Shown here: positions 62,536-64,000 of the stretch, piece after piece
How positions within the stretch are numbered: the stretch's first letter is position 1
Layout: each line of letters begins with the position of its first letter
Program-made: the position numbers and the translations under genes
Notes under the pieces: generated by a model
Told to the model about the DNA's origin: nothing
What the model saw: only the letters and a program-made list of their open reading frames with translations
Database searches by the model: none
Assembly (NCBI GenBank): GCA_963783575.1
Contig: CAWAOD010000016.1
Span: 64,001-128,000, forward strand
Direction of reading: 5' to 3'
Source: an uncultured Spirochaetota bacterium
Lineage (GTDB): Bacteria; Spirochaetota; Brevinematia; Brevinematales; JAOACQ01
DNA length: 64,000 nt

Positions 62536-63444
62536 ATGATTTTGAAAGCCAACCTGTTTTTTTTAAGTATGTTGATCTTTCTGGGAGTATTATTTACATA
62601 CAGCTTTGTTTATAGCACAGTTTATACCGCAGGGCATGACGGCAGCGATGCCTGCTACTGGACCGGATCTGAAGAGACCAAGCTGCCGGGCGGAGTCGGC
62701 AAATATGCTAGCGCAAAATCAATCTTTGTATATAACGGTACTGTTTACACAGCCGGGTATGACAGCAGCGGCCATGCCTGCTACTGGACGGAAACAAACA
62801 TTACAATATTACCGGGAGGCTGGGGGGCAAATTCAATATTTGTATATAACGGAAAGGTCTATACTACAGGATATGACATTAACCGCAACGTTTTTTACTG
62901 GAAAGGGACAAATAAGATAATTTTACCGGGAGAAAAGGGCGAGGCATATTCAATTTTTGTAAACAACGGCATTGTCTATATCGCCGGGATTACCATAACA
63001 ACGAATGAAAAAGACGATATTTACGACGCCTGCTACTGGACTGGAACGAACAAAACAATATTACCGGACGGCTTTTTAGCTGATTCTATCTTTGTTAACA
63101 ACGACACTGTTTACACTGCCGGGTTGGACACCGGCAGCAACGCCTGCTACTGGTCCGGAACGAATATAACAATATTACCGGACGGCTTTTTTGCAAACTC
63201 TATTTTTGTTTATGACGGCACCGTATATACTGCCGGGTTGGACACCGGCAGCAACGCCTGCTACTGGGCTGAGACAAACATAACAATATTACCGGGCGGG
63301 CGGGAAATAAAATCAATGTTTGTAAATAACGGGACTGTGTATACAGTCGGGGATGACGGCAGCGCAGCCTGCTACTGGACAGGAACAAATAAAACAAAAT
63401 TATCCGATGGCTTTTTTGCGAACTCAATTTTTGTGACGCCTTAA
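62536..63444 (+). CDS. Exported repeat protein (about 7 repeats of ~38 aa, probable beta-propeller)
   Basis: Repeated SIFV..GTVYTAG.....ACYW...N..ILP. Confidence 0.8.
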   Translation: MILKANLFFLSMLIFLGVLFTYSFVYSTVYTAGHDGSDACYWTGSEETKLPGGVGKYASAKSIFVYNGTVYTAGYDSSGHACYWTETNITILPGGWGANSIFVYNGKVYTTGYDINRNVFYWKGTNKIILPGEKGEAYSIFVNNGIVYIAGITITTNEKDDIYDACYWTGTNKTILPDGFLADSIFVNNDTVYTAGLDTGSNACYWSGTNITILPDGFFANSIFVYDGTVYTAGLDTGSNACYWAETNITILPGGREIKSMFVNNGTVYTVGDDGSAACYWTGTNKTKLSDGFFANSIFVTP

Positions 63445-63550
63445 TGATAAGATTAGCCAAAGCTCCATCCCAATCACCGGGCGGTTTTTTTCAAACACGA
63501 AAGTATATAAATCACAAGTTTAATTATAAAATTATTTTTTAAATTAAAAA

Positions 63551-64000
63551 TCATAATCTGACCCTTTCTTTAGTTAATCCCATTTTTGCATCTTTTTGAA
63601 AATACAGGATAAGATAACCAGTAATAGCAGAAATTACCGAACCCAGCAGAATGCTTGCTTTAGCAATGGTAAGCAGGTTTTCTTCATGGAAAGATAATTC
63701 GGCTATAAATATCGACATTGTGAACCCTATCCCGGCGAGCCACCCAGCTCCGTAAACCTTGATCCAGTTTGTTTTTTCAGGCATCGCAGATAATTTCAAT
63801 TTAACTGAAAGGAATGAAAAAATAAAAACTCCAGTTGATTTGCCGATCATAAGGCCAAGAATTATACCAAGAGCCAGCGGGCTTAATAAATCAAGGATAT
63901 GGATGTTCTGAAGCGATATTCCGGAATTTACAAAAGCGAAAAGAGGTACAATCGCTAAATTCACATATCTCTTTAAAGTCCTTTCATAGCGCTGAAGAGG
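63551..64000 (-). CDS. nhaA: Na+/H+ antiporter NhaA, 3' part (runs off the window)
   Basis: PLFAFVNSG, GLMIGK..G, LAGIGFTMSIFIA, AK.SIL.GS. Confidence 0.9.
   Translation of the reverse strand, partial: PLQRYERTLKRYVNLAIVPLFAFVNSGISLQNIHILDLLSPLALGIILGLMIGKSTGVFIFSFLSVKLKLSAMPEKTNWIKVYGAGWLAGIGFTMSIFIAELSFHEENLLTIAKASILLGSVISAITGYLILYFQKDAKMGLTKERVRL

Overview
A 64 kb AT-rich bacterial chromosomal segment. It is probably spirochaetal, an inference from the two FapA/DUF342 genes, fliS, rpoN and many lipoproteins. 0-5.3 kb is a decayed mosaic of PAS/histidine-kinase/cheB genes. 5.4-44.3 kb is mostly core and metabolic genes: fabF, a PfkB kinase, a pilin/PilMNO-like cluster, TetR-EFR1, a metallophosphoesterase, a PHP-GT4 fusion, a ParA-like ATPase, dapA, fliS, rpoN, bactofilin, pdxA, rpiB, aroE, a GH10/GH3 pair and marC. 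The standout is 44.3-56.8 kb, an integron-like cassette array on the minus strand. It has a near-consensus promoter, an attI-like junction and about 5-6 low-GC cassettes: a UDG-like protein, a PD-(D/E)XK nuclease, a quinone/alcohol reductase, an SPFH gene with a tRNA/Y-RNA-like structured leader, and a HigBA-like TA pair. No integrase gene lies in the window. Two attC-like spacers are unusually long (about 240-250 bp) and branched, some cassettes are bracketed by private 20-22 bp inverted repeats, and most spacers have been hit by IS1182-family elements or short MITEs, two of them at the identical GTT. A third IS1182 sits in the loop of a REP-like palindrome. The right end has a 7TM-LuxR regulator followed by three operator-like boxes, an OmpA/MotB-like lipoprotein, two tandem sRNA-like hairpin units, a repeat protein and partial nhaA. 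All calls come from reading the sequence only; no database searches or folding programs were run.
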